Origin: Paramoeba atlantica
Lineage: Eukaryota; Protista; Discosea
Length of the DNA stretch: 64,000 bases
Reading direction: 5' to 3'
Assembly: GCA_977017575.1 (NCBI GenBank)
Contig: CDRNVI010000158.1
Location: forward strand, 62,001 to 126,000
Below are positions 23,335-36,255 of the stretch, in pieces. Position 1 is the first letter of the stretch. Every line of letters starts with the position of its first letter. The notes below the pieces were generated by a model. That model was not told the DNA's origin. It searched no databases and was given only the letters and a program-made list of their open reading frames with translations. The position numbers and the translations under genes were made by a program.

Positions 23335-24937
23335 ATGAAGAGTGCTCGTTGTTGTCTCTGTCGACAGCACAGTTGCCACAAATCCAACATGCCATCAACA
23401 AAAATTTTGCTGGTTGTTTTTCTTGCCGCTCGCCTTTCTGCCTGTGGTGTGCGATTCAGCGACGGCACTTTTATCTAAGATCATTGGAGCATTCTCTGGA
23501 AAAAATGCGCCAATGACCTTTGGGTGAAGGTAAACTTTTTCCTTTGTGATAGTTGGTGGGTTGCTCAAGCACACAATTTTTTCACGACCTTTCTTCCAAA
23601 ACTCAACTCAAACAACTTCTTCATCGACCAACCTTCTATCAAATTCCTCTCCATTCTCAAGATGATCTTCTTCTCTCTTGAACCTTGTTTCACACCCAAA
23701 TGGGATCTCGCTCTGTATTAGTATCGAGTATTATTCCCTGAGGAAGAGTTTTTTATTCGGAGAAACTGTTCCAGACTGATTGATTTTCATCATTTCTTGT
23801 ATGAAAAAAAGGCAAGTGGGCAAAATTCAGTTGTGATCCATTTGAGTGTTGGGGAGGTATTTTGTTTCACCTTATTTAAAAAACCATTAAAAAACAAACA
23901 CCAACATTCTTTTTTTTTCACAGATCACAATTAAAATTGCGCGAACCTTGTGTGTGTTCATAAATCCTGTCTTCTTGGGTCAGTCGATGCTGAAACCAAA
24001 AAGGAAGGGTGTTTTGAATGCAGTGTGAAAGAGTATTTCACGTTTTTTCATATTTTGTCGGTGTGACAGAACCGCAAAGAGGAGATCTCTGAACAAAATC
24101 TCCTTTTCTTCATTTTTGAGCAGTTTATCAAAAATGCATCAACCTTACCAGGTCTATCTCTTTTTTTATTTCTAATTTTTTCTTTTTTTTGATTTTTCGA
24201 AAATGGTCTCTCTTTTACACATGAGAAAAAGACATTTCCATCTCCAATAACACATACATTTTTGGACCAAAAATGGATGTGTTATTGGGGCACTATCTGA
24301 CTTCTATCCAACGAGAGAGAAAGTTAACTCTTTCAATCCGGATTTGGTAGAATTGATTCACTTACCTCTTTTTTTTTGATATTTTTGGATCCTCTTTTTC
24401 GATTTTTACAGTGTTGTGTAGAATTCAATGCCACTCCCAAACTCTTAGGTCTCCAAGGTTTACCACATTTCCGTATTTTTTTTTCGAATTTTTGATTTTT
24501 TTTTTTGTCAGTGTGAAAAGCAAGAAACAGCAACCATGGTGGGGGCTCTCTAAAGAGCAGGGCGAAAAAGAAAAGAATGCCAATCACCTCTTAGCGATCC
24601 TCCAACTCTGAAAATCGTGAAGAAAATTGTTGTGAAAATGTTTATGGGGAGAGAACAAAATCTTTTGTACCTTCTGTAAGATTGGTGTTGCTTTTGCTTT
24701 GTTCCTTGTTGTGCATGAATCCAATGCTCAATCCATTTGGACAAAGATGAAAGGAATTCAATTTTCGGGTCTCCAATCTTTTCAAGACGGAGGAGCATCT
24801 GTGCAATTCCGGAACCTCCACCAGTTGGTTCAGATCCTGAAGAACAGATTTATCAGCGAGAGTTTTCTTCAAATGACAAAACTGCTTATGCTTGTGATGT
24901 GGTCTTGATGAAAGAACAGTTGGGGAAATGTAAATGA
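23335..24937 (+). pseudogene. decayed intron-containing gene of unknown family
   Basis: Exon-like blocks separated by T-rich GT-AG introns (e.g. 23857-23923); the frame from ATG 23335 has a signal-peptide-like segment and isolated TAA/TAG/TGA stops, with later frameshifts. Confidence 0.42.
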
Positions 24938-25152
24938 ATAACAGTTTTTGATGAATTATTTATTTGAAGATTTTTGTGGTTTGATGGTTTTTATTTTTAT
25001 TTTAATATTATTTTCTCAGAAGAAGGGGGAGTGCGAGCAAACACAGCAACACACACAGTGCCCATTCTTCCTTATTTTGAGTTGTGGAAATTATCCAAAC
25101 AGTTTAATTATGGAAAAAATTCCACAACTCAATTTAAATAAGGGTGGTAAGT

Positions 25153-26370
25153 TCATTGAAGTAACTTGCAGTTTTCGTCATTGATCAAAGTGTCAACAAA
25201 GAGTGGCATGCTCTTTTCTTCGTCATCATCGGGGTGGTCATCACCATCAAGGTTAGGAACAGTTTTGAAGTTTTCATATAAGACATTTCCAGCAAAGATA
25301 AAGATAAAGGAAACCAAAATCCACCATTCAAAGACGCTATGGCCTTGCCCAGACACAAAGGGGATCCAAAAGTACATGGACACAAGAGGAGAGGTGATTG
25401 CGTTTCCATTCGCAATGTGAATCGAACCGTTCTTCTCGCTGGATTGCAGAATATACGCACCAATGGAAAATGAACCAAAGTAGAACAGAACAAAGATAGT
25501 GACCCAGAATGTCCCGCCCCATTCACAACAGACAACATCATAGTCACCAAAATAACATTTGAATGCGTCCCACTGATTTCCCATAACTTCAGATCCCTTG
25601 CAAGCACGAGTTGTAAGGGCACAAACATCAAGATCAGGATCTCCATCCACACAAGTTCCGAAAGGTCCAATCATTGTGGTTGGAGTCCAAAGCATATACG
25701 CAATAAGCGATAACAAATTATAATAGGTCAACACAACAAACTTTGGCATCTTCTTCACATCAAAGGCGATCTCTTGAAAAATAATTTCAAATGAAGTTGG
25801 GAGGGCACTGAAGAGAGTCATCAGCAACCAAATCACGCCGTCATTGTATTGATTGGTGCTTCCACTCCCATGGAACAGGGAGTAGCTACTTCCAAAGAGA
25901 AGTCCTGCCATAATCACCACGAAAGCCAAAACTTGATACTTCGAGACTGCTTGGCGGTAAACGTTTGTTTTGCGAGCCCAATCAAGAACGAAAGGATGAC
26001 AAATCCAGGTCATTGGTGCGGAGATCTGGGTGATCAGAGCAGTAATCTCAGGATCAACAAAAGGGATCGATACTTGGGCAAAGATCCCATTTGCTGAAGT
26101 GAAAAATCCAAGCGCCAGAACCACCCACCACAAGTCCCTCGAGATCCTCCAATCTTCTTGACGAACCAAAGCAGCGATCGCAAACATTAAGGTGTACATC
26201 AGAGTTGTTCCATAGAGAAGCCATGTCGAATAAATGGGCATATAATATCCCATATTTTGAACACCTACATTGGCGAACACGTTGCAGAACACATACAAGG
26301 GTAACAAATACGAAGTCTCAAAACTCTGTATCCAGTCGGCAAATCCGGAAAAAGGTGACATCTTGCTCAT
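25153..26370 (-). CDS. CRT-like (chloroquine-resistance-transporter family, DMT superfamily) membrane transporter, intronless
   Basis: About 10 hydrophobic segments, Cys-rich luminal loop (CVDG...CALTTRAC...KCYFGD...CCEW), C-terminal acidic dileucine-like ENCKLL. Confidence 0.78.
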   Translation of the reverse strand: MSKMSPFSGFADWIQSFETSYLLPLYVFCNVFANVGVQNMGYYMPIYSTWLLYGTTLMYTLMFAIAALVRQEDWRISRDLWWVVLALGFFTSANGIFAQVSIPFVDPEITALITQISAPMTWICHPFVLDWARKTNVYRQAVSKYQVLAFVVIMAGLLFGSSYSLFHGSGSTNQYNDGVIWLLMTLFSALPTSFEIIFQEIAFDVKKMPKFVVLTYYNLLSLIAYMLWTPTTMIGPFGTCVDGDPDLDVCALTTRACKGSEVMGNQWDAFKCYFGDYDVVCCEWGGTFWVTIFVLFYFGSFSIGAYILQSSEKNGSIHIANGNAITSPLVSMYFWIPFVSGQGHSVFEWWILVSFIFIFAGNVLYENFKTVPNLDGDDHPDDDEEKSMPLFVDTLINDENCKLLQ

Positions 26371-26930
26371 CGAACGACTTGAAAAAAGCGCAAAAGAAAA
26401 AAAGAATTTGAAAACAACAAAGAACCACCAAGCCCAACGCTTCGAGAATAAGACCGGAAAAGAGGGGACATTCTGGACTTTTTCCTCCGGACGAACGGAA
26501 AAACTTTTCGTTTCGTTTTCGAAAGTTATCGGAAGAATCGACTTGGGATTTTCGCATGAAAAAAAAGCGAAAAAAAAATTATTTTCTGTCCGAAAAAAAA
26601 ACGCGTTGGGGTGGGACGACGAATCCGCGCAGGAAGCAAAGTTTTTTCTTTTTTTGTTTGTGTGGCGTTCGCCTCTGTCTGTGTTCTCTTCGTACTTTTG
26701 TTTGTTTATTTTGGGAGGTGGTGTGGTGAAAAACAATCTTGAATTGGGGGGCTGTATTTAAATATAAATTCATTCACTTTTTATTTTTTTTTTTTTTTTT
26801 TTTTTGAAAATCTATTTATTTTGACTCATCATGTTCCTCTTTTTTCGAAACCAAGAGTAGGAGAGTAGGAGAGAAAAAGGCGCCGTCAGTCCAATGCCAT
26901 TCACGGACCATTCACTCATCCAGAAGCAAC

Positions 26931-27044
26931 TCATGGAGTGAAATTTCCATTTTTCTTTTCCTCCCCAATCACAACTAAAGATTCGCCACAATGAGGACAA
27001 TATTTCCAATCATCTCCGATTCGTTTGGCACCACACTCTGAGCA
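26931..27044 (-). other. zinc-ribbon coding fragment without an in-frame ATG
   Basis: Reads CSECGAKRIGDDWKYCPHCGESLVVIGEEKKNGNFTP*. Confidence 0.5.
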
Positions 27045-27111
27045 TGAATTTTTTTTTTTTGTGAGGTTATGAAAAGTTACTGGAACCCAAAAATTTTGTC
27101 AAAAAAAAAAA

Positions 27112-27381
27112 ATCACGAAAAAGAAATCTAAATTTAGCATGAAAAAATAGATCCTTAATTTTAGCGAGTAAATCAAATTATTCTCTTTTTGATAAAAAAA
27201 TACTTGTATTTCCCCCAATTTGATTTTTCTTTATTTTAGCGCCTTTTTTCTTTTCTCTTTCTTTTTCTTTTTTTTCGTTTCGTTTTGTTTGGATGGCGAT
27301 GGCAAACCGAAAGAGAAGAAAGGAAAAGGCTTTTGACCCAATCGGTTCTTCTTTGGTTCCGAAGGTTTTCTTTTTCTTTTT
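27112..27381 (+). repeat. promoter and exon 1 of the HEATR3-like gene (source of the 22012-22280 copy)
   Basis: See 22012-22280. Confidence 0.9.
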
Positions 27382-28786
27382 CTTATTGAATTCGTAGTCT
27401 TTGAAGAAAAAAATGAGTTGGGGCTTCTGAAAAAAGAATGTCAAGAAAATAGAACGAAAGAAAAAGAAAGAAAAGAAAGAGAAATCTCGAAAGAATAGTA
27501 TTTAAAAACAAAAGAAGAAAGAGAATTATTCGAGGGGTCACCTGAAATTTTCCAACATCGATTACAAAAGAAAAGAAAAGAAAGAAAAGAATAAAAAGAA
27601 AGAAAGAAAGAAAGAAAAGAAAGAAAAGAATAGAAAAAAAAATTTAAAAAATTGAAGAAATAATAGTGGGGACCTGAAATTTTTCAACGAAAAGAAAAAA
27701 GAAGAAAGAAAAGAAAGAAAGAAAAGAAAGGAAAGAAAAGAAAGAAAATAAACTCAAAAAAATAGGAAGAAATAATAGTGGGGGGACCTGAAATTTTGCA
27801 ATTGATTTCGAGTTCTGAATCTTCTCAAAGAGAATATGGTTGTAATACTATTGCTCAGTGTGCTGATACTCCTGGTTTCTCTTTTCTTTTCTTTTGTTTT
27901 GTTTTATTTATTTATTATTTATTTTATTTTATTTTATTTTATTTTTATTTATTTTATTATTTTATTATTTTATTTATTTCATGTTGTAATACTATTGCTC
28001 AGTGTGCTGGTACTCCTAGTTTCTCTTTTGTTTTGTTTTGTTTTATTTTATTTTATTTTATTTTTATTTTATTTTATTTATTTTTTTTATTTATTTATTT
28101 CATGTTGTAATACTATTGCTCAGTGTGTTGATACTCCTGGTTTCTCTTTTCTTTTGTTTTGTTTTATTTATTATTTATTCTTTATTTTATTTTATTTTAT
28201 TTATTTATTCATGTTGGAATACTATCGCTCAATGTATTTTTATTTTCAGAGATTCGAGATTATTTGTTAAAAAATGGAGCTCTGAAAGCTGTTGTTGGTA
28301 AACTAGCTGATCCAGAACCACATGTACCTATTTTCTTTCTTTTAAAAACAAAGAAAATTAAAAAGAAAAATTCAGAAAAATAAAAAGAAACAAAATAGAA
28401 ATTAAGAACAAAAAATAAAAATAAATAAATAATAAATAATAAATAAATAATAAATAAATAAATAAATAAATAAATAAACAGGTTCGAATCGCCGCTCTGG
28501 GAGCACTTCGGAATCTGTGTATTACAATTGGAGAAGAAAGACATTTTTTAGAACAATTGCTTCTTCTTCAACCAATCCCTCTTCTTTCGAAAATTGCTTT
28601 TGATTCTCTTTCTTCTTCTTCTTCTCTTCCTTCTTCTTCTTCTTCTTCTTCTCTCTCTCAAAGTCAGATGAATCAATTGATGATTGAGAGTTCTTTTTTT
28701 ATTTTGTTGTATCTTTCTGAGCAGAAAGAAGAGGCCACTGTCTCTATTGCTGATCCACAAAGAGGTTTATTATTTATTTATTGAAT

Positions 28787-28833
<47 letters not shown>

Positions 28834-31800
28834 TTTTATTTATTTATATTATTTCTTATCATTCTGAGATTATTATTGTGGAAGGGAAAGAAAAAGAGAC
28901 TAAATTTAAAAAAATATCATTAATTTTAATCATTAATATCACAAAGATTAAATTTTTAAGTTCCTCAAAAAAAATAAAAAAAAAATAAAAATAAATTTTA
29001 AAAAAAATATAAAAATAAAAAAATAAATAAATAATAAATTTAAATAATAAATATATTATTAAAGGTCTAATAATTGGGTTGGTTGAATGTTTGGGGAGTG
29101 ATCATTTCTCTCTTTCTGTTCGTGTTGCTGCTGCAAAGCTTCTCCAAACTCTTTCAGGTTTTTTTTTTGTTTCTTTTTTTTATTTTTATTTTTATTTTTA
29201 TTGTCATTTTTGGTTTTGTATTTTTTGGTTTTGTGTTTTGTTTTTCTTTCTTTTGTCATTTTTTGGAAATTTTCTTTTTGCATATTTTAAAATAGGATAC
29301 AATTAACATTTTAATTTTTCAGATGCAAACGAGTTAGTAATTTCCCAAATCCAAAACCAACAAACAATTGAAAGAATCCAATCAATTGCAAATCACCCAA
29401 TTCCAAATACAATCTTTTCATTTGACGCCCCTCTTTCTTCTGGGGAGAGTGGAGTTGGGAAATTGTATCTTTTGAAGGCTCTTTGTTCTGGTTTTTTTTG
29501 TTTCTTTTCTATTTTTTTTTTCTTTTTTAGTTTTTTTTAGTTTGTTTTTTTGTTTTTTGTTTGTTGGTTTTTTCAAAAAATAAAAACATTTATTTACATT
29601 TCTCACCAAAAAAAAAAAAAAGAAAACATTCAAACCCATTCCAATCAACCAGAACCTAACCCCCACAAAAACAACAGGAATCCTGCTCAACATCCTCCCA
29701 GAAAACACAACATCCGAAACAACAACCCAAACAATTCTCCCAAACTTGTTCAACATTTTAGCAAAACATTCTGGGTCATATTTCGAACAAATTGGACCGA
29801 TTTTGCAACACTTAAATCGTCTGAAAGATGAGAATTCGGGGGTTGAAAAAAAAATGGAGGATGTTGGAGGGGGGGAAGAGAGAGGAGAGAGAGAGGGGGG
29901 AGAGAGAGAAGAGAGAGAGGGGGGAGAGAGAGAGGAGAGAGAGGGGGGAGAGAGAGAGGAGAGAGAGGGGGGAGAGATGGTGGAAGGGGAGGAGGGGGAG
30001 AGAGGAGGGGGGGGGAGTGAGTTGGAAAGAATTGAGGAGGTTTTTGAAGAGAGGAAGGGGGAATGGGAATCGATTTGCCAAGCACAAGAAATCTCTCTTG
30101 AAATATTGACCAATCTTTTTTCTATGGAAGAGAGAGAAGAAGAAGAAGAAGAAGATTTGGAGATGGCGAAGGAGAGAATGAGATCTTTTCCGTTTGTTGG
30201 GGAGATACAGAAAGTTGTTTGTGGTTTGATGGATTATTTGAAACCTCATTTGGAGTTTGTTTCTCCTCATTTTGCTCCTCATGTTCAGTGGGCTTTTCCT
30301 TTGCTTTCTCAGCTTCATTTGAAGTAATTCTTTTTTCTTTTTTCTTTTTTCTTTTTTTACTTTATTTTTTGATATTTTATCTGATTTCATTTATATATTC
30401 AAAAAATTTTCAGTCTTTTATTCCAAGTTTTGATTTTTAAATTTACTTTTAAAATTTAAAATTCTTTCTCTTCTTTTGATTGAAAAAAAAACTCAAAAAC
30501 AGAACTCTAAATTGCCTCTCAAATGTCTTTGAAGTGATTCGAATCCCCGAACTCGTCAATTTCTCCTCTTCAGACATTTGGAAAGTGGTTCATAGGATTT
30601 TAAATGATGCTGGTTTGCTCTCTCTTCCTTTCTCTTCCTCCTTTCTTCTCTCCCTTCTCTCTTCTTTTTTACCTAAAAATATAAAATAATTCCAACACCC
30701 AAAAATACAAATCAAAAATAAAATCAAATTTTTCTTTCCACTCCAATTTTTTATTCAAATATTAACAAATTTTATTCTAAATTATAGTACTTGCAAATGA
30801 CATCGCACGAGTTGGAGGAGCATGTAGTTGTGAGTGGTCTCTTTTGAGAATGTGTGTTCGGTTTTTTTCTGTCCATGGAGTTGGAGAAGGTTGGTTTATT
30901 ATTATTATTATTATTATTTATTATTATTGGGGGTGAGAAGAAAGAAAGAGAGAGGAGGGAGTGTGAAAGGAGAAGAAGGGATTTTGAGAATAAAAAAGAA
31001 AGAGAAGAGAAGACGGAAAGAAAAAGGGAAATTGTTCTCATTTTTCTTTCTCTTTTTTGAAGCAAATGTGCATCGAATTGTCCCGCCAGGAGATGTAAAA
31101 CAATTAATGGAATTTGTCAAACAATTTATTGAAGAAGAAGAAATTGTTGTTTCGATTCTTGGGATTTTTGGGTGTGTTTGTAAATTTGATTGTCGAACTT
31201 TCAGGTATTCCATTTTTCATTTCTTTTTTGTTTGTATTTTCTTCTTTGTGCTGAAAAATGAAAGATTTGATTTGAATTATTCTTTTTTCAATTCTCTTGA
31301 AATCCATTTTTTAAAAAACAACAACTAAAATTATTCTCTTTTCATCCACTTTTTTTCTTCTTTACCCCTCTCTTCTCTTCTCTTCTCTTCTCTTCTCTTC
31401 AATTCTCTCCTCAGCCAAACATACAGCCACACACACCAAATCCCAATCCACGAAAATGAAGGAATAGAAGCATTGAGTGGAGTGAGTAATGTTGTATTTG
31501 GTGTATTGATGTCAGATCGTCCAAATGTTGTTGTTGAGGTTGATGTTTTTTTGATTTATTTTTTTTCATTTTTTTTTTGATTTTTTTTTCATTTTTTTTT
31601 TCTTTTTGTTTTATTCATTCGCATAATCAATTTTTCAAAAACTCAATTTCAAATTCTTTTTTCAATAAACACTTTTTCATTCTAATTTTAAAAAAAATAA
31701 TTTCTTCTTTAAAAAAGGGTCTCAACTCTCTCTTTGAAATCTATGGAGAAGATTACCATGATGAATTGTTCAAATCCACCAACGCAACAAAGAAACTCTC

Positions 31801-31918
31801 TCTTCTTTTGGATCGATTGAGGCACATGACAACAGGAATGGCAATGGATCCTGAAACAAATGAACGAGTTCAAGGAGCTCTCTCAAATTTGGAGGCTTTT
31901 CTCAGTTATAAAGCTTAA
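27293..31918 (+). CDS. HEATR3: HEAT/ARM-repeat protein, HEATR3/Syo1-like ribosomal protein import adaptor
   Basis: Basic N-terminus RKRRKEKAFDPIG; EYGCNTIAQC; VVGKLADPEPHVRIAALGALRNLC; QEISLEILTNL; C-terminal GLNSLFEIYGED...LSNLEAFLSYK. Confidence 0.72.
27839..28235 (+). repeat. four tandem copies of an exon 3' end, donor and AT-rich spacer
   Basis: GTTGTAATACTATTGCTCAGTGTG(C/T)TG.TACTCCT.GTTTCTC at 27839, 27983, 28104, and a degenerate copy at 28213. Confidence 0.9.
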
Positions 31919-32086
31919 AGTTTTTGCTCTTTTGAATAATTTTGATTTTTGATGTTTTGTTTTTTTCTTTTTTCATTCATTTTGATGATTCGTTTTTTGT
32001 TTGTTTTGTTTTGTTTTGGTTTGTTTTGTGAACCATCGTTTGTTTTTGATATATGACAAATGATTTCTGATCTTTGGAGAGGGAAT

Positions 32087-35000
32087 TTAAAAGATTGACA
32101 GTTTTCGGCTCAAAACTCCAAGATCTGAATACTCAGTCGCTTCTTCCACCTGATCTTCCCAATCAACCTGAAACGAAATCTCATTCAACGCCATTTGAGT
32201 CATTTTAATTAACAATTCCTTAATCGCAGGGTAATTCCAAAACAAATGAGCGTGACTTTCACAAATCGTACGAAAATTTCTCAAACAACTGTCAACTCTT
32301 TTGGTAATTTTGACACGGCATGATGTTTCTCCAAAACTCAAATCTGTGCCTGAAACTGTACACTCGCTCCACAAATCAGAAAGACAAGCAAGAAAATTCT
32401 TAAAAAGTTTTCTCCATTCGAGAGTCTTTGGGTCTCGGTTTTCAATCTGAGAAATTGTTGCCAATCGTTCCGCCAAACGTAGAACAGACTCTCTTTGCTC
32501 GTTTGTCCAATCATCAATGGCAATTAAAAGATGTGCAGGGTGAAGCAACATTCGAACAATCCCTCGCAAAAGAAGCAAATTTCCCATCACCGGAACGCCA
32601 AGAGAAGAATCAACACTCTTTGCATAATCTTCGATCCAACCAAGAAGCTGAATTGTCTCGGGTGGGATTGCTCGACTGTACTTTGGCATATTTCGGAGGA
32701 TTGTGGGGATTAGGTTATCGATTTCTTCTTCTTCAATTGCCTTGTCTGGAGATCCAGTAATTATATGCAGTGCTTCAAAGAGACACTCTTTCAACCATTC
32801 TCCGCATTGTTCTACGATAAAGACACAAATAATTCGAGTGATTCCCGAGTCACTGAAAAGAGGAAGTTCACTTTCTTTGTTGTCGATGGCAGCTTTCATT
32901 AAAGTGAGAATCAAAGGCGCCAACATTTCGTGAGATTCATAAAATTGGATCAAGGCAAACAAAAATGTATAAATTTCTGAGGTTGAGATACAGTTGTCAA
33001 CAAAAGATTGGACCATTTCGATTGGGAGCTGGAATCCCTTTTCTGAAGTTTCTAAAAAGAGTTGATGAAGATCTGAAACGAGAGGATTTTGTAATACAAT
33101 GGAAAGAGGAGCAGCTTGTCTGAAAAAATAAGGAAGAGAGTGAGAAAATAGATAAAAAGATAATAAAAGAAATATGAAATCAAAATGAATGAAATGAATG
33201 ACTTGATTCCCCAATTTTCGTCAATTTTTTCCTCTTGAAAAAAAAAATAAAAGTAAGTCATTGGAAAAAGATAAGAAAGAAAAAGAATGAAAAAAACCTT
33301 TTGGGTGTTTTCCTTTCTGTTTTGATTTTTCTTTTGGTGCGACTTTCTGAAAATCATCAAGCTAAAAAAAATAACATTAATAAAAAGATTTTTGTAAAAT
33401 TTGAATTGAAAAAAGAGAAAGAAAGTTGAAAACCTGTCTTTTATCATGGTCTGTAATTCTCCCCCAAATTTGAAAGAGAAAAGATTGATAGAGACGACAC
33501 ATAAAGAAATTATCTTCTCTTGAAAGAACAACAAGAGAAGAGTAAGGAATTCGAAGTAAACGACACCCATTTTCTCCTTAAAAAAGAAATTAAAAACAAT
33601 AGAAGAAAAATGACCAAAAAAAAAAAAAATGGTGACAACTTTGCATGACAACTCTGACAGTTTTTTGACAAAATTAAAAGAAAAAAGGAAACAAAAAACC
33701 TCCAGCAATAGTAGCAGTAGGCGCACAATCGAGAATATAACTGACTTCTCCAATAAAAGTTTGATGAAGAACAAACTTCTTCTCTTCAATTCCTTTGATG
33801 GTGATGACATAGTTTCCTTCCAACACATAGAGGATATCATAAAACTAATTCATAAAATTAAAAATAAAAATCTCAAAAAAAAGAAATAAAAAATAAAAAA
33901 TAAAAAAAAAAGAAAATAAAAAATAAAAAATAAAAAATAAATCGATAATAAAAATAAAAATAAAAATAAAATAAAAACATACCCTGACCCCTTGAACACA
34001 AATCACCTCTCCACTTTCATAAAACTCCTCTTTCGAATGAGTTCGCAACTTTTCAATATCATTTTCATTAAGTCCAGAAATTGCTTTTCCAAAATCCAAT
34101 TCTCCATTTGGAAATTCATAAATTATCGAAGTAGAAGTGGATGATTTCAATCCTTCTTTTTGATGTTTCGATTTTTTAACAACATCAAGTTCAACTCCGC
34201 TGAGTCCAAGAGCTTGTTTTAATGGTTCCATTTGATTTTTTTTCCATTTGAAATCAAGAGATGAACCATCTTTCCCTAGAATCCGAAAAAACTTCTTTTT
34301 GTTTTAAAAATTGAGTTCTGAAAGGAGGAAAGAAATGAAATTGAGAAATGAAAACCTTTTTTTCATGAACTTCAACTTTTTCAACATTTGCAAGTTCTAA
34401 AATGTTCGTTTGGTTTCCATCAGAACGATCAACTTGAAACCCTTTCCCTCGCTCTTTCGGTGCAAGAAGAGCAACATAAGATTTACTAATCGCCATAAGA
34501 CGAACTGAATGTTTCTTAACAATCACCTACAATCAAAAAAAAAAAATCAACTTTTTGGAGAGAAGAAAGACAAGAAAAGGGTCGAAGGAAAAGAGAAGAG
34601 CTTTCGAGAACCTTGGATGAAAAAAGAATGACTTCCCCATTAATTGTTACACACCCTCCCTGGCGAGGAATCTTTTTTCCCTACAAAAAAGATTCTAAAT
34701 AAAAAAGAAAACAAAATAACAAACGAATTCAAACAACCAAAAAAAAAAAAATAGAAAAAGAAAAACCTTCTGAGAAAGTTTCCGTTGATGAACCCCCTTC
34801 AACTTGGAAGTATAATACCGACACATCGTCTCAAAAAAGAGATTCGCTCTCTTATACTCCCTCGGATCAGAAAACAAAAAAGAACAAAGAGAAGCTCGAG
34901 AAATAATCTGAACTCGACACTTTGTAGAAGCGACAATGGACATTGTAGTTAACTTATCAGACTTATGAGGATTCAATGTACTCAACTCTCCAAAAATTGG

Positions 35001-36009
35001 CCATTCGCTATGGCAACGAATGCTCCCAAACTTCGATCTCTTTGGTCCTGATGTTATTCCTGTTGGACTAAGAAGTACCCCAGAAAATGATTCGGATTGG
35101 GCTCGACGGATATTTGCTCCTAAATTGTATAAAGAGTTGTGAGATGGAAGTTTCTTTTCGTTTCCTTTTTCTCTCTCTAGTTGATGATCATTTCTCTTCG
35201 GGGTTATCTCTTTGTCTTTGGGGATAATTACAACATTTGCAAGAAGGAGTTCGTTTTGAATCTCGTCTTCCATCTCTCCAAAACCACCAAGCGTTTGATC
35301 ATCAAGTGTTGTCTCATCTTCGCTCTCTTCCTCCTTTTCTTTTTCTTTCTCCGGTACCGGTTCGTGAATTGGTGACTCTTCAGGATTCTTCGATTGAAAA
35401 AGTTCCTGCCAAGCAATTGGTTGTTCAGATTCTTTGAAGAGATCTTGCCATTGGACTTGTTCTTGATTATCACTTTTATGTCGCTTTAATTGATGGTCTT
35501 GTAATCGAAGATCGAGTTGTTCCAAATGCGCGGTCCCATCAAGTAAACGAAAAAGACAGTCATTCACCACATTTGCAGCAAGAATCACTGAATTAGGTTC
35601 ATATTCTCGAATGAGAGAATCTATTTCAAATTTTAAATTCAAAATAAGAAAAAAAAAGAAAAAGAAAAAGAAAAATAAGAAAAAGTTTTTTTGGGGACCT
35701 GAGATCTCATCGGTTACTCGCCAATCGAAAAACCCTTCCGTCACATCAACCTCTTCGACACCAACAATCATCATTTCTTCTTCTTCTTCTTCAAACATCT
35801 CCTAAATTTTTCAAAAGATAAATCAATTGAATTCATTTTGAATTGTCCTGCTGATTACAAACCTCTGGAGTGAAAGAACCACCGGTTAAGTTCAGGTTCG
35901 ATTCCTCATCTTCTACGAGGGTATAAAGATCATCCAGTGATTCAGAATCCGTAATCTCAGATACTTCAGCAATGGATGGCAAGAACCGTTCCACATCCAA
36001 ATCTTCCAT
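32087..36009 (-). CDS. cNMP-binding + PH/GRAM-like + cNMP + RasGAP-like multidomain protein
   Basis: FGELSTL...SIVASTKCRVQIISR (cNMP 1); EEFYESGEVICVQG...FIGEVSYILDCAPTATI (cNMP 2); RasGAP-like PLFSDSGITRII...NLLLLRGIVRMLLHP. Confidence 0.68.
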
Positions 36010-36255
36010 TTTTTCAAACCAAAAACCAAAAACCCAAAACCAAAAAAAACCAAAAACGAAAAAACAAAAAAAATCCGATTTGGGAGGTATTTTTGGAACA
36101 CTGTTATAATTTATTGGGGGTGACTATTTATCAAAATTGAAGAATCAAAATGCCGAAAAAATAAATTCTCTTTTTCTAAAAAAGCGCCCTATTTTTCTGT
36201 TTGTCTTTTTTTTTTGTTTTTTCTGCCATTTCGTTTTTTGTTTGGGGGATGTTGG

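Noticed and set aside
26990-27045. C/D-box snoRNA (ATGAGGA...CTGA)
   Set aside because: Imperfect box C, no terminal stem, and the opposite strand is better explained as a zinc-ribbon coding sequence.
27839-28235. CRISPR-like repeat-spacer array
   Set aside because: Eukaryotic intron; the repeats are copies of the adjacent exon end, the spacers are homologous AT-rich microsatellite, and there are no cas genes.
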